From IMG/VR virus record IMGVR_UViG_3300028591_000074, positions 96,001 to 160,000 of that record: a DNA stretch of 64,000 nt, one strand, 5' to 3'. Positions 10,279 through 23,000 of the stretch are shown piece by piece (the stretch's first letter is position 1; each line of letters opens with the position of its first letter). The DNA comes from a virus (Duplodnaviria; Caudoviricetes). The position numbers and the translations under genes are program-made. The notes beneath the pieces are model-generated. The model worked only from the letters and a program-made list of their open reading frames with translations, was not told the DNA's origin and searched no databases.

Positions 10279-10702
10279 TTATCAACACCATCCTTCATAA
10301 TATTCTTGAATGTTTTGATACAATCATCTATGGTAGAATTGATTAATGCACTTCTGGATGTTTTATCTTTACGTTTCAAGCATTCCATAGATGCAATAAC
10401 CTGTTTTGTTGGACACATCTGATAATCAACCTGTAATGCAGCTTCTAATGTAGCCAAAGCCTTTAATGTTTCCAACGGTAATCGTTTTTTAGCCTTGAGT
10501 GGGAACTTTTCCAAATCTTGATACTTTAAATATTTTTGTGCATCAAGTAGAGTTTTATAGGCTTCTGATCTTGTCATAGTAGTGAACTCCAATCATCCAA
10601 TCGGTTATATACATAAATTATAACGATTTCCATACACAAAATGGATGAGCCTACCAAAACGGTAAACCCATCCACTCCTCATGATGCCATTATATGTATG
10701 TT

Positions 10703-11056
10703 TTACTGAGGTCCATCCTCATCATCAGATTCATCTTCTTCAACAGGTTCATCTTCCTCTGGATCATCAGAATCGTCTGATGATGAATTGGAACCTTTCA
10801 GAAGTTGCTTTGGAATCTGATGTATTCCTGTTGCAGCAAAACCGGATACAACACCGACTGCTGCGGCTGTAATAATATCTTCTGCTGGGAAATCTGGAAT
10901 CTTGATAAGATATGCAACTATACCAAGGATAAGTCCAAGGGTTCCACATACACATGGAATCCACTTATCGTCCAATACAGTAACATTCTTCCAAATGTAT
11001 CCAGCTAAAAATGCTATTACAGTTATACTTGCTACACTAGCAATACCAAAACCCAT
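10703..11056 (-). CDS. Holin (Dp-1-like) with acidic C-terminal tail
   Basis: Three hydrophobic segments; DKWIPCVCG and AAAVGVVSGFAATGIHQ; RBS GGAGG before ATG at 11056. Confidence 0.8.
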   Translation of the reverse strand: MGFGIASVASITVIAFLAGYIWKNVTVLDDKWIPCVCGTLGLILGIVAYLIKIPDFPAEDIITAAAVGVVSGFAATGIHQIPKQLLKGSNSSSDDSDDPEEDEPVEEDESDDEDGPQ

Positions 11057-11106
11057 AACAAACACCTCCGCTACTATATTTTGATAATATAAAAGGTTTT
11101 ACATAC

Positions 11107-11200
11107 AAAAAATAAGGAAGAGCCTAACACCTTGCAGGGGGAGAGTGGTGTTAGACCCTTCCTAGTTGGAGAAGGACACAGATGATGAAATTAATCCCAT
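11107..11200 (-). ncRNA. Candidate small RNA with C-rich loop
   Basis: Promoter-like motif at 11208-11218, no ORF, then a 17-bp stem with a 15-nt loop ACUCUCCCCCUGCAA and a U-tract. Confidence 0.45.
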
Positions 11201-11360
11201 CCAATAGTATATAAGGTTAATCTTCCTGTTCAGACATTTGTTTCAATGCCTCTACTGCTAAATCTAAGGCTGTATTTATCTTAACAGTTCCATCGAAGTC
11301 CATAGGATTGAATCTATAACATTCTGATTTTATAACTGTTATTGCTTCAGAATATGTCAT

Positions 11361-11864
11361 TTAAATTAATTCCTCCAGTTCTCCAGTATAATCTAATAAG
11401 TCTTTTCTGCTTGGTATTGTCCGTATCTCTTTGTATGGAATGCCCCACTTATGTACCTTTAGCACATTTAATGATTTATGTCCACTGTTTTCTAAATCAA
11501 CAATATCCTGTATCTTTAATACGAACGCACGTTTGTATGTAGAAAATAGTACAATAACCAGCCCATAGCATCCTTTAATTTTTGAAACTTTTAAAAGTCC
11601 ATCGTGCTGATGCGGTTGAATCATATCAAAATCAAATCTATCGTGACTTGTTTCTTTAGATTCTATGTAGTAGCAATTAGGATATTTATAGCAGATGAAA
11701 TCACAAATGTTCCGGCTAGTCTTATAATAGCCTGACATCTGATCATAAAGTCGAGTAAAAGAGTAGCCATCCTCAGGTCGATTTAGCCACTCTTTTATCT
11801 TCGCTTCTGCTTTTTTACCTAATAGATTATCCATATTACATATTCTTTTCTGCCCACTTATCAA
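11361..11864 (-). CDS. recU: RecU-like Holliday junction resolvase
   Basis: GKKAE, CDFICY, YIESKET and IQPHQ match the RecU PD-(D/E)xK pattern; likely start MDNLL. Confidence 0.75.
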   Translation of the reverse strand: MISGQKRICNMDNLLGKKAEAKIKEWLNRPEDGYSFTRLYDQMSGYYKTSRNICDFICYKYPNCYYIESKETSHDRFDFDMIQPHQHDGLLKVSKIKGCYGLVIVLFSTYKRAFVLKIQDIVDLENSGHKSLNVLKVHKWGIPYKEIRTIPSRKDLLDYTGELEELI

Positions 11865-12258
11865 GGAACTCAGATGTTTTCATAACTTGACCGGATAAAC
11901 CATTTTCAGATTGTTCTTTATAATCGTTATCCATATCTCTATATGTTTCATAGAAAGTAACAACATCGTTATCCCAAATAATTACATACAGGTTGTTGAA
12001 TAACTTCTCAGTAAGTTCCTTTGTCATACCTTTAGGTGCTTGCTCTTTGATTTCATAGTCATTTAGAGCCTTAGTAGTAAGAAGTTTATCCGTAAGGAAG
12101 TACTCACCACCATCGGCTTCAAGTGTATAATACACTTGTGCACCCTTCGGAATTGATCCGATACCAACACCATGTCTTGTAAAATACCAATAGCAGTCAT
12201 ACGGTTGATTGTCATACAGATATTCAGATGCAGTAATAGTTCTCTTTGTAATCTTCAT
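11836..12258 (-). CDS. Hypothetical protein with MKITKRTITAS leader
   Basis: ORF; N-terminus shared with neighbour. Confidence 0.6.
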   Translation of the reverse strand: MKITKRTITASEYLYDNQPYDCYWYFTRHGVGIGSIPKGAQVYYTLEADGGEYFLTDKLLTTKALNDYEIKEQAPKGMTKELTEKLFNNLYVIIWDNDVVTFYETYRDMDNDYKEQSENGLSGQVMKTSEFLDKWAEKNM

Positions 12259-12271
12259 TCAATATACCTAC

Positions 12272-12853
12272 CTATTCTAAGTCTAAGAAATCATCCATTT
12301 CCCCGATAATATATTTCATATCATCTAATGGATTATACTCTAAATCATCTCTTGGTACTTCATACACCGTAATGTCAGAGTATCCAAGATCATCTGTAGC
12401 GGTTAATGTGAAGTACAAATTCTTCTCATCAGAATCAAATTGTACTATAATATCTTCACGTAGTTCTACAATCTTATCAATCACCGCATCACGAAGTTCA
12501 AGTATATATGGATCATTTTCCTCATCTTCATCAGGTCGTTCAATATCAATCACTTCCATATTAGATGGGGAATCTTCTACCAATTCTTCATCAGCAGCTA
12601 TTTTTGTAGATGCAGCAAGTGGATGATTAAATGCATCCAATGGTATTTCAAGATGTTCAATCATAAGATGCTTTGCTTCATCCATAGATACGCCAAGTTC
12701 ATCAGCAATTGCTTTCTGTTCATGTTCAAGTTCTGTAGCCCAACTACCGGATAATGGTGTATCACCTGTATATCTATCGGATATTTCCCAAAGTTTATCC
12801 CAATCAATTTTATGATTGTCTGATGCAGTGATGGTTCTATGAGATATTTTCAT
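12272..12853 (-). CDS. Acidic hypothetical protein with MKISHRTITAS leader
   Basis: ORF; internal LAASTKIAAD. Confidence 0.6.
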   Translation of the reverse strand: MKISHRTITASDNHKIDWDKLWEISDRYTGDTPLSGSWATELEHEQKAIADELGVSMDEAKHLMIEHLEIPLDAFNHPLAASTKIAADEELVEDSPSNMEVIDIERPDEDEENDPYILELRDAVIDKIVELREDIIVQFDSDEKNLYFTLTATDDLGYSDITVYEVPRDDLEYNPLDDMKYIIGEMDDFLDLE

Positions 12854-12864
12854 ACCATCACCGC

Positions 12865-13600
12865 CTAATCAAAATAATTCGGATCAATATCCGTTACACT
12901 GACCGGAAACTCACCATTGAAATCCTCAAAGTACTCATCTGGATCTAATCGAACTTCTCCACCAGTCTTTGTATCGAAGATCAGTGTATAATCACCATTA
13001 GATAGGAACTCATGTGCCATATCTGTAGCTTCTGACCAATCATCCGTTTCAAAACTATCGGCAAGTCCTACATATCTGGCATCATAATATCCTTCTACAT
13101 GGAATCTACCTTCTGCATCATCCGTAAATCCTTCATAGGAATTAAACCATTCCAGTGCTTCTGATTCGTTATCAAATTCCATATCATATTCACCATCTTC
13201 CGGCTTATAGATATCAGAATCACCGAATACTGTGACATAGAAATCACCATCTTCATTATAATACAGACTGTAATCTGTATAAAAACCATCAGAATCTTGA
13301 ACAGATTTCTTATCTACAAGTTCCCATGAAGAACCATCATATTCATCTGGTTCTCTCCAATCATCATAAGAATTCAGTTTCATAATTCACCACCTAAACT
13401 TGCTCTGTAATTGCAGAAATTACGGATTGAAGGGTATCGGAAAGGGCTTGTGCCTGTTCCATAGCAATACCATCATTACCATCACGATGCAACTTCTCAA
13501 TACCTGCAATTGCATAATCAAAATCATCACCAATAGAATCAATCAGTTCTTTCAGTTGATCTTCTTTTGCACCATCTGCGGCATAAATAAATTTCTTCAT
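12865..13600 (-). CDS. Two acidic hypothetical proteins (12865-13383; 13394-13600 starting MKKFIYAA)
   Basis: Packed ORFs with GGTG RBS. Confidence 0.55.
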
Positions 13601-13601
13601 T

Positions 13602-15437
13602 TTATTTTCCTCCGGCTAATAATAAGTCAAACAGTTCTGGGTTTCTACTTAAATCTATTCTACCATCTACGATATACTTTGATATGCCTGACTTAGTAGA
13701 TAGAATCTGCTCCACTTTATCGTCAATTGTGTCTTTTGCTACAAGAGTAAATATATTTACAGATTGCGTTGTTCCTGCCCGGTGGCAGCGATCTTCTGCC
13801 TGTTCCTTATCCGAAGGATTCCAAGGCACGTCATAGAAAATTACATTCCTTGCGACTGTAAAAGTATGTGCTGTACCTGCCGCACCAATGGTCCCAAGAA
13901 GAACTGTATAATTGGGATTTTCGATAAAGGTTTTCTTATGCTTTTCTCTATCCTGCGCAGACATTGTACCTGTAAATACACACGTCTTGTATTTCTTACT
14001 TATAAAAGTATATAAGGTTCGGAGTGGTTCTACCCAATTTGAGAATACAACTGTCTTTTCACCACGTTCGTGTGCCTCTTCAAGAAGTTCCAATAACCGT
14101 ACAAGCCTTGCATTTTTCTTAAGATAATCAGAGTCATTCGGACTAATTTCTGTATCAACCAATTCCGGTGAACCATTTACCTGACGAAGTTTAAGTAACT
14201 TAGTCATTGGATTTACTGCAAGCATAATTTCATCTTTATTATTGATGATATCATTTGCAACCTGTGTATAAAGTTTCCGCTGATACGGAGTATTTTCCAC
14301 ATACTCCGTATAATGAATCTTTGGTGGAAGATCTAACACATCATCTTTTAATCTACGAATCATATTGTGTTGAAGTATATTTTTAAGTCTTGGAATATTC
14401 CTATACCCAAGTACAACATGATCGCCAAAGCCGCCATAGATACAAAAATATTGACACCACTTATAATAACTTTCCACAGTATGTCCTTCACAAAGCCGAA
14501 GTGGTACAAATACATCCATAGGTTGCTTTGTAATTGGTGTACCTGTCATAGGTATCCACATACAGTTCTGCTTTGTATATTTCTTAATGCGAAGCAATTG
14601 CTTTCCCTGCTGAGATTTTGCAGACGCATTTTTATGGATTTCATCCAATGCAATCATATTTATCTCACCGGAATTGATTTTATTGATAATAGCATCTGCG
14701 ATTGCGTACTGCCTACCTTCTGTATATCTCAAGGCTTCTATATTCATTATAATAAAATATGGAAGTTCCTGTTCACAATCTTTACTATATTTTTTCCAAG
14801 TGATTAAATCTTTACATTTATCTTTACCTGTTGTATCAAACTTTACATCACCAGACTTCTTCAGTCGGCTACCAATAAGATATGGCTCGTATTCACCATT
14901 TGTATGTTTCCTGATTTCGTCCATCCAGTTATACTTAGCAGAATTTGTACAACATATAATTAGACAGTGCTTAAATCCATAATGTTCTTTATTATAAATC
15001 GCAAGATTTATAAGTTCTATGGATTTCCCACATCCCATCTCATCGGCCAGAAGAAACCCATTCAAGTTATCTGACTGTTCTCTTGCAATACACCACTTCA
15101 TAAAATCTAACTGATGGGAAAATGGCTTTGAACCTTCCTGAACGTAAAATGGAACATCTGTAAGATCAATATCCGGTATTTCAGTTGTCTTATCAATATC
15201 TGCGTTTTCATTGATATGTTCATCAGAAACAATATTGATAAGTGGTTCATACCTTGTACCTTTCAATTCATTTAAAAGAAAACCAAGATGTTCCTTTGGA
15301 ATTGTCCACATCTTAGCATTTGGCAGCCAGCATTTCCCAGGAACAGACTTAACAATATCAACAATCCCTGCATCATACGGAAATGATACTTCATAAACAT
15401 TATTGTTTTGCTTTATATTTATCATAGAAATCACCAC
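13602..15437 (-). CDS. SNF2-family helicase with N-terminal HARP-like domain
   Basis: LADEMGCGKS, LDEIH, MTGTP, IRRLK...LDLPPK, WNPSDKEQAEDRCHRAG; N-terminal VSFPYD...VKSVPGKCW...WTIP. Confidence 0.92.
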   Translation of the reverse strand: MVISMINIKQNNNVYEVSFPYDAGIVDIVKSVPGKCWLPNAKMWTIPKEHLGFLLNELKGTRYEPLINIVSDEHINENADIDKTTEIPDIDLTDVPFYVQEGSKPFSHQLDFMKWCIAREQSDNLNGFLLADEMGCGKSIELINLAIYNKEHYGFKHCLIICCTNSAKYNWMDEIRKHTNGEYEPYLIGSRLKKSGDVKFDTTGKDKCKDLITWKKYSKDCEQELPYFIIMNIEALRYTEGRQYAIADAIINKINSGEINMIALDEIHKNASAKSQQGKQLLRIKKYTKQNCMWIPMTGTPITKQPMDVFVPLRLCEGHTVESYYKWCQYFCIYGGFGDHVVLGYRNIPRLKNILQHNMIRRLKDDVLDLPPKIHYTEYVENTPYQRKLYTQVANDIINNKDEIMLAVNPMTKLLKLRQVNGSPELVDTEISPNDSDYLKKNARLVRLLELLEEAHERGEKTVVFSNWVEPLRTLYTFISKKYKTCVFTGTMSAQDREKHKKTFIENPNYTVLLGTIGAAGTAHTFTVARNVIFYDVPWNPSDKEQAEDRCHRAGTTQSVNIFTLVAKDTIDDKVEQILSTKSGISKYIVDGRIDLSRNPELFDLLLAGGK

Positions 15438-15498
15438 CTAACAAAATAAATAGAATTACAGTATTTTCCTATATATAGTAACGATTCTGATAATCAAA

Positions 15499-15526
15499 AA
15501 AGTCCTGCATAAATATGCAGGACTTT
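15499..15526 (-). terminator. Intrinsic terminator
   Basis: aaagtcctgcat...atgcaggacttt perfect 12-bp inverted repeat. Confidence 0.75.
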
Positions 15527-15540
15527 GTATAGTTGCACAA

Positions 15541-16586
15541 TTAGATGTACTGTTCCAACAAATCAAAATCAATTGCGGCTTCCAAAACCTCTATAAATGT
15601 ATATCCTTCAGATTCCACCAAATCAGTAAGCACACGATCCACATTGATGTCAGCAACTTCATACTTAGATAAATTCCGCTTAATGATGTTATCTGTAATC
15701 GGTCTGATGAATCCATTATCTGCTAAAGTTTTAATCGGATAGTCAACCAATATATCCTCTACAAATTCAACAGGTTCGCCATCAATCGTAATCGGATTAT
15801 AATCTGTAATCAATAGATATAATGTTCCATCACCATCAATAAGACTTCCTTCGAATTCTTTCCCAATATTGAAAGTATCAAACCCATAATTGTCAAGTAA
15901 GTAGGACATTATAATGTCGTCTTTATAAAAATCTTTTAAATCCTTTAATGTTGTTTTATAGATATTTGTTGCCATATGATTTACCTCAAAAATATTTTAT
16001 ATTCATAGATAAGGTTGATTTTTATAAGGCGCTATTTAGTCATAATATCTATCCACCGAACAACTTCAGAATCTATATATTTAAACGCTTCTTCATAGGA
16101 ATTAAACTCTGTCGAGTTAACAATTATAGATTTTGGATATGCCTTAGGTATTGGTCTGCCATTCAATAAATTTAGTAACTTTTCGGATTCTTTTTCTTCT
16201 TTCTTATGTTTCTGTGACTCTTTAGAACGTCTAGGGTTATGGTTGGATATTCGCAATCGAAGTCTGATTTTGAATAAAGCATTTCCAGATTCATCACAGG
16301 CAAGAAAATTATAATATTTGGAATAATCAACAGATTTCGACTTATATACAAGAATCAATCCATAATAATCTTGTAGTAAGTCTTCAACTGCTTCGATAAA
16401 ATCTTCATAATCTGCAACCATCTGCTCAGATGGAATATCCCCCTTTATACCTGACATCAATTCACCGTCAGGTATATGGATCCCATGAAATTCTGATGCC
16501 GCAATATATGGTGCATATGGGTCAATTATACAATCAATATTGAATACATAAACACCATCAGAAATAAACTTTTTCATACTAATCAC
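15541..16586 (-). CDS. Two hypothetical proteins (15541-15975; 16032-16586)
   Basis: ORF track; promoter-like motif at 16006-16016 between them. Confidence 0.55.
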
Positions 16587-16867
16587 CCCTTAGAAGTGGT
16601 TTGAGATGCAGATTCGTGTAAATTTTCCATAACAACAGTTTCGATTGCTGAGAGCTTTTCGGCATCAGATATTGTGGACTTAAGGAGACCATATATTACA
16701 CTAAGAACCCCATCTGTATTTTTTAAATAATATTGATCTTCTGTGTAATACCTGCGATTTGTAGGTGTCCGGTATGCGATTAAAGTTCCATTTCTATCCC
16801 AACGCTGTAAAGTATTAACGGACACACCGAGCAATTTTGCAAAATCTTTAGGTTTATACGTAATCAT
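16583..16867 (-). CDS. MerR-type HTH protein resembling the IS607 TnpA N-terminus without the catalytic domain
   Basis: KDFAKLLGVSVNTLQRWDRNG...RTPTNRRYYTEDQ; upstream TTGACA promoter-like sequence near 16909-16914. Confidence 0.7.
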   Translation of the reverse strand: MITYKPKDFAKLLGVSVNTLQRWDRNGTLIAYRTPTNRRYYTEDQYYLKNTDGVLSVIYGLLKSTISDAEKLSAIETVVMENLHESASQTTSKG

Positions 16868-16920
16868 AATATCTCCTTAAGTACAATTTAACACATTTAA
16901 ATATATTTTGTCAATACATT

Positions 16921-19426
16921 TTACAATTTTCCGAATTTCTTCAGAATTAAAATAGTAACTACAAGTACAACACACAATATCGTACTTATCCAAATTGGTG
17001 AAAGCACCCACCACCATGACCAATCTATTACTTTACAGAGTTTTAAAGCAATGAATAATAATTGTAATCCACCGACAAATCCAATTCCGGCATTATTCGA
17101 TGTAGTATGCATTATTACTTCTCCTCAATTATATAAATCAATACACAGATGCAGACATCCCAGATGTATCATGGATATTATTTGGAACATCACCATGATA
17201 AATTCCAGCTGAACTAAGTTCTTTAAGCGTATTAATCTGATTAGCATTCATAGTGTACCATTGGACATAACTATTCCACACAGCAATAGCCTTTGTTTCT
17301 TTACAAAGCCAAGTAATCACGTCAAAATAGAAATCATCTGGACAAGATGCAAATACTTCATCTCGTGTTTGATTTCGCATAGACATTAGAAGTTGTATAA
17401 GATACTCTTGATGAGATGGAACCGCATAATGCACAACACCATCTTCAGTTATAATTACTTCGAGGTAGTTAACATATGTCTGTTTGTGTTTTTCAATATC
17501 AAAATCAGAATAGAGATCATAGGTCATGGTTATTCTCCAAAAATCTTATCAACACGAATACAGAATTCACCGTCATAGAATCCAAATGACTTTACAGTAA
17601 GTCCGTTTACAACTTTATTATGATAAGTTTCTAAGCCTGTGCCATAGGCAATTCGGCAAAAGTTCATATCATTTACAACTACACCAATGTTCCAATTATC
17701 GTACAATTCTAAAACTTCTTTTACAGTCATGTTTACATCCCCCATGTTCTCCATAGTATATTAAGTTTCTTCGTGCAACTTGCTCACAAGAGGACAATTA
17801 TCAATGCTACAAGGAATGTTTACTTCTCGCATCATGCAGATGTTCTCTACTTGGTTATCTGAAAATCTGGAAGTACGATATTTGCAGACACTTTCAAGAT
17901 TAGTATGTTCTATTATACACATCATTTTGACTTACCCCTTCCGGTTATAACCATATCCACTTCATCATCTGAAAATGATGAAACATCGTACTTATAACCA
18001 TATACTGATAGTAACCATGTTTCAAATAGTGCAGCAGATACCGGATCTTTGCACGATTCGTTAGCACAGGCTTTATAGTACTCCCGCTTAAAATTACGCA
18101 TCGCTTCTTCAGAATTCATCTATGTCATCCTCCAAAGGTAGATTATGGATAAAATTAAACAATTTCCTCCAAAGGTAAATTGTGGACAAAATTAAACAAT
18201 TTATACTGACAAGATTCACATAAATCTAATGTAACATCCGGTAATCTTGAACCATCTTGTATACGCCATATTTTGAATTGGAATGCAGCTTTCTGATATT
18301 TGCCATAATTCTTATCTTTTTCAAATAGTTTTCCACATCTATCACACTTATATGCCATTGCCATAATTTTATACCATCCCTATAATTTCCACAACAGATT
18401 CATCAACATCTACAGTATTTCCACCAGACAGCTTAATTCTTGTCTTAAAAATACTATTATCAAGCCTAAATATATATTCAATACGATTTACATTTAAGTA
18501 AAATGATTTTTTCGTACGATGCACTTCTATAAAATCTGACAGATTCTTAGGAATCTTTGGAGTTTTATCTTCTGCTTCCAACACAAATACAGGATCGATA
18601 TAACTGGTTGTACATGTAGAACCATCACTATTCTTAGTGACAAACTCTTTTGTATGTGATAACAACTCATCAGCATCAATAAGTTTACCCATTTTATCAA
18701 ATTTATATTCAACATTATCTGACCTAATCATCATATTTATTCCTCCCCAATTCAATATTAACACGATCAACAAAACTTATAATCACACCGGAAATAGGTT
18801 TCCGATATTGCGGATACCATCTTCCATCACAAGTATATTGATCATTCTGCAAACTATTCGGAATGTTTGAATCAATTTGTATCTCCATAATAATCACCAT
18901 CATCTAATATATCATCAGAAACATCTAATTTTGATTCAAAATCTTCTGTAGTTAAGATATGTTTTTCTATTGGCGTAAACTCATTATAGAATGTATGTTT
19001 CTTATACACATTACGATATAATATGTTTAGAGCACTACATAGAATACCAAAACATATACCTACACCCATAGCAATATTACAGACTATGCGAGGTACTTGT
19101 GCATCAATTGCAAGCATAACAACACCAGATGCAAAACTAGTAATACCAGTTAATCCTGTAATGATAGACATTATGTATGTATCTTTTGGCTTGGAATCAA
19201 AATCATATGGATCACTTTCAAATTCGCATCCACATTTACGGCATGTGAATTCCATAACTTCCCAAGTTTCTTTCCAAAAGAAATGTGTATTTGTATAGGT
19301 ATATTGTTGGGAATCCAAATGACTTCGATTACTTCCGCAACAAGGACATTTTTCGCACTCACCCAAAGCTAATTTTCTTTGAATGATTTTTGGATTTTCT
19401 GAATTAGCGGGTTTTGTTATCTTCAT
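16921..19426 (-). CDS. Block of small accessory ORFs (membrane protein 16921-17112; Zn-ribbon proteins 18155-18364 and 18872-19426; others)
   Basis: Co-oriented packed ORFs with CxxC motifs and hydrophobic segments. Confidence 0.5.
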
Positions 19427-19481
19427 TTAATCTCCTTAGCAAATAAGTTATTACATCTATTATAACGATTTTCCAAAATAA

Positions 19482-19518
19482 AAAGTCCACTGAATCGTAC
19501 ATTGACTCAGTGGACTTT
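19482..19518 (-). terminator. Intrinsic terminator closing the tail-fibre operon
   Basis: aaagtccactga...tcagtggacttt inverted repeat followed by T-rich tract. Confidence 0.75.
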
Positions 19519-19522
19519 GACA

Positions 19523-19627
19523 CTATTCTCCATCAAGTATTCTTTTTACATCATCATATAGTTCCGGTGGAACATCATCTAAGGACATCAACCCCTTCTT
19601 TATTAGTGATGCATATATTTCTGCCAT
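19523..19627 (-). CDS. Small CD1375/XkdX-like protein (34 aa)
   Basis: Hand translation MAEIYASLIKKGLMSLDDVPPELYDDVKRILDGE*; typical position downstream of tail fibres. Confidence 0.7.
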   Translation of the reverse strand: MAEIYASLIKKGLMSLDDVPPELYDDVKRILDGE

Positions 19628-20004
19628 TATTTCATCCCCCTTATCATGCCGTATAATTCTACAAGTGCTAGTTGAATATTTGTAATATCGTTGTTGTCTG
19701 ATGATATTGACTGAATAATATTTTTAAATTGCATTTCAGCTTGTTGATCTTCTGTAGGGTAGTAGAATTGGAATTTGGTTTTATATCCTTGCTCGATCTC
19801 TTCATCTGCAAATAATAATGTTTCGCACATTGTACCTTGTCGTTCATCAATGATATCATTAGTATCTTCATCATAGATTTTAATATCATCAAAAAATTTG
19901 TCATTGATTAAGTTGGTATTAAACTCTTCTGTAGAATAGTACATACTTCCCTGTTTAATACAATGACTAATATATAAGTCATTTGTAAAGTATATTGTAT
20001 ACAT
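19627..20004 (-). CDS. Tail-fibre-associated protein (XkdW-like position)
   Basis: C-terminal ITNIQLALVELY motif directly before the CD1375-like gene. Confidence 0.55.
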   Translation of the reverse strand: MYTIYFTNDLYISHCIKQGSMYYSTEEFNTNLINDKFFDDIKIYDEDTNDIIDERQGTMCETLLFADEEIEQGYKTKFQFYYPTEDQQAEMQFKNIIQSISSDNNDITNIQLALVELYGMIRGMK

Positions 20005-20018
20005 GCAATTCTCCTTAT

Positions 20019-23000
20019 TTATGCGTCACGGAATCTACCAATCATAATTACTTGTATATTGCCATTGGTGTTATTTTGTACCTGAATAGAAGTTCCTCCA
20101 GTATAAATAGATACATTTATAGTGTTTACATGGTGTTGATATATCACATTGTCACTGGATCCATCTGTCCATTGAGATACATAAGCAACAGTAGCAGTTG
20201 TAGCGGATGCAGTATATCTGTAACCAATTATTATTCCACAAGCTAAATTATATGTAGTAGTTCCTTTAGCTTGAGGGCGTACTTGTACAGCATATCCATT
20301 TGGACCTATTCTATAATATCCATCTGCATCTTTCCAAAAAGCCCATTGACCAGCCATCATATCATAAATGCCTGAACGAGGAGTATCTGTTGCGGTAAAG
20401 CGCATTTTATGCCCCATTTCAGTTATCTCCCAAGAAGGACTATATACTTCAAAGTTAGCCCCACTTGTTTGACTATAAAGTGTGCCAGTTATTTCATCAC
20501 CAGACTTATTGAGTTTAGCACCTAAAGTAGTATTTAAAGATTTATTGATACCATCCCATTTATGAGTGCCAGTAAATAATATGTCGCTTGAAGAACCACT
20601 AAGTGTTAAATTACCTGCTATTGTTTCATTACCTGACCAATCTAATGTACGAGCATTAGATAATGCGTTAGATGCTGTTCCATTACCGACTACTTCAATA
20701 TAATTTCCACGGCTAGTAGATGCAGCAGATGAGTTATCAACAATATTATATTGTCCAAAGACATGTTGGTATGCATGATTTGCAGTTGTGCCATAGCCCT
20801 CTGCATGAGATGCCCAATCACTTGCAGTTGTATTAGAACCTTCGGAATGTGCTGCCGATCCGCTTGCAGTTGTTTCAGTTCCTTCTGCATGAGATGCCCA
20901 ATCACTTGCAGTACAAAGAGTTCCTAATATAGTTGCAAAATTGCCAACTGTGCTGCCAATAGCGGCAGAACCGACAACAAAAGACATAGTTTTTGGATTA
21001 AATTTAACAGTGTATGCCTTATACACAGAATATGTTTCAGTCGAGCCTCCAGCAGATTTACTGATAAGTAATTCGTGAAATTCATCTGTAGCATATGAAT
21101 ATTCAAGTGGATCTTGAGTTACTTTAGTGTCTGTATATGTTGGAGTAACCCAAGTGCCATCATTCCGAAGGAACGTAGTAGTATCAGATCCTAATTGCGG
21201 GCCTTTTGTAATAGAACTAGTACCATTCCACTTAGCAAGATATCCACTTGTTCCAGTACCAGTTACAGTTCCCGTATTTGCAGTAAATGTTGCCCAGGTA
21301 CCTTTCTTTGTAAGACATTGATTAGTAGTAGAATTATCAAATGTAATAGGAGACCTTGCTACTTTTGGATTAGTAGAAGTATCTGTAATTACAATCTTAG
21401 CACCATTTGCTATTGCCGTATCAGAAGTTATCTATCCACCATTAGTAATATTTCCGTGAGTATGTGAAAAATCGCTTACTTGAGATTTTGTTATGCTTAT
21501 GTTACTAAATGTAGCAGTGACTCTACCGCCTGTTTGATAAAATACAGTAAGTGTTCTATTTGCCGCAGCAGATCCAGATATAGATCCGGCAAGAGTCCCT
21601 AATGCGTCAGTTATAGCCTTACCAGTTGTAACATCAGTTCCACCAGAAGCGTAGACATCTGTAACGTCTCTTGTTGCAGCACTACCAAGTCCTAGATTTG
21701 TTCTAGCATTTGCAGCAGTCGTAGCTCCCGTACCGCCATTTGCTACAGCAACAGTACCTGTTACATTTGCGGAAGTACCAGAAACACTTCCATTGATAGT
21801 ATTTAAGAATCTGGCTGCACCTGTTACAATTAAGTTTCCAACATTATCTTCGGTAATGTTTGCGGTATCTGCGTTAACTGTACCAGATGTTAAAATTGTA
21901 GATGTGAGTGTTCCTGTAGATGGATTAAATGTAAGATTAGAATATTTTCTTGCACCCTCTGTTCTGGTTGTGTTATCAGCAGTTGCAGAGAACAAAACTT
22001 CGTAGTTTGCGTTTGTGCTAGTTGCAGTTTGGGTTACTGCGTTATTGTTATCCGACCAAGGAATATTTACGGATAAATACCCAGATTTATCAAGTCCAAC
22101 TGCATATTGTCTACTACTTGTGGAACCCATCGCAGTAGAATCCAATGTAGAAGCTGTATCTGATTTCAGTTTCAACCCAATACTAACTTGATGATCCCCA
22201 CCAGTGCTTTCTACATCAGCCGATTCTATACCCTTACCACTAGCGGAAACCGATGTAATGCAGTTAATATTAGCACTTGCTGCACTACTTTGATTTGCAG
22301 TAAATGTACCTACACTTACACCATTTCTACTTATTGTAAGTGTACCGTTATTTACCGTAGGGTAACTTGGTACAGCCCACGATCCATCATTCCTAAGAAA
22401 TGTTGTTGTGGATGACCCTAACTGTGGGCCGTTTGTTACTGTATTTGCTGCACTAAATTTTGCTAAGTATCCACTTGTACTCGTCCCATTGCTTACTACG
22501 TTGTTTGTAATTGATGGTGTAACTGTTACAGTTTGTTTTGAACCCCCAGATGGTGTTACATAGAAGCAATTTGTTCCGTTTTCAAATGTGTAGGTTGTGT
22601 TAGTATTTGTTGTATAGCTTGGTGCAGCCCAGCTACCATCTTCTCTCAGAAATTTAGTGCTTTGGGATTGAGATGATACTGCTGCGCTAAATGCTAATGA
22701 TGACCTAGCAACCTTACTACTGTCTGAGCTATCCGTAATAACTAACTTATCTCCGCTTGCTATTGCAACATCTGTTGTCTGTAATGTACCACCATTTTGT
22801 ATATTACCATGAGTATGTGAAGTTGGTGTAGCAGATCCGGCTGTTGTAGCATATGGAACAGTAATAGGTGTCTGTGCTGTTCCATTCTTAGACAACACAA
22901 TTTGCTGAGTTCCGCTTATACCTAATGTAAATTGATCATTTGGAGGAACTTGCCAAGTACCATCTTGGCGCATATATTTTGTTGTTCCGTTAGTTCCATC

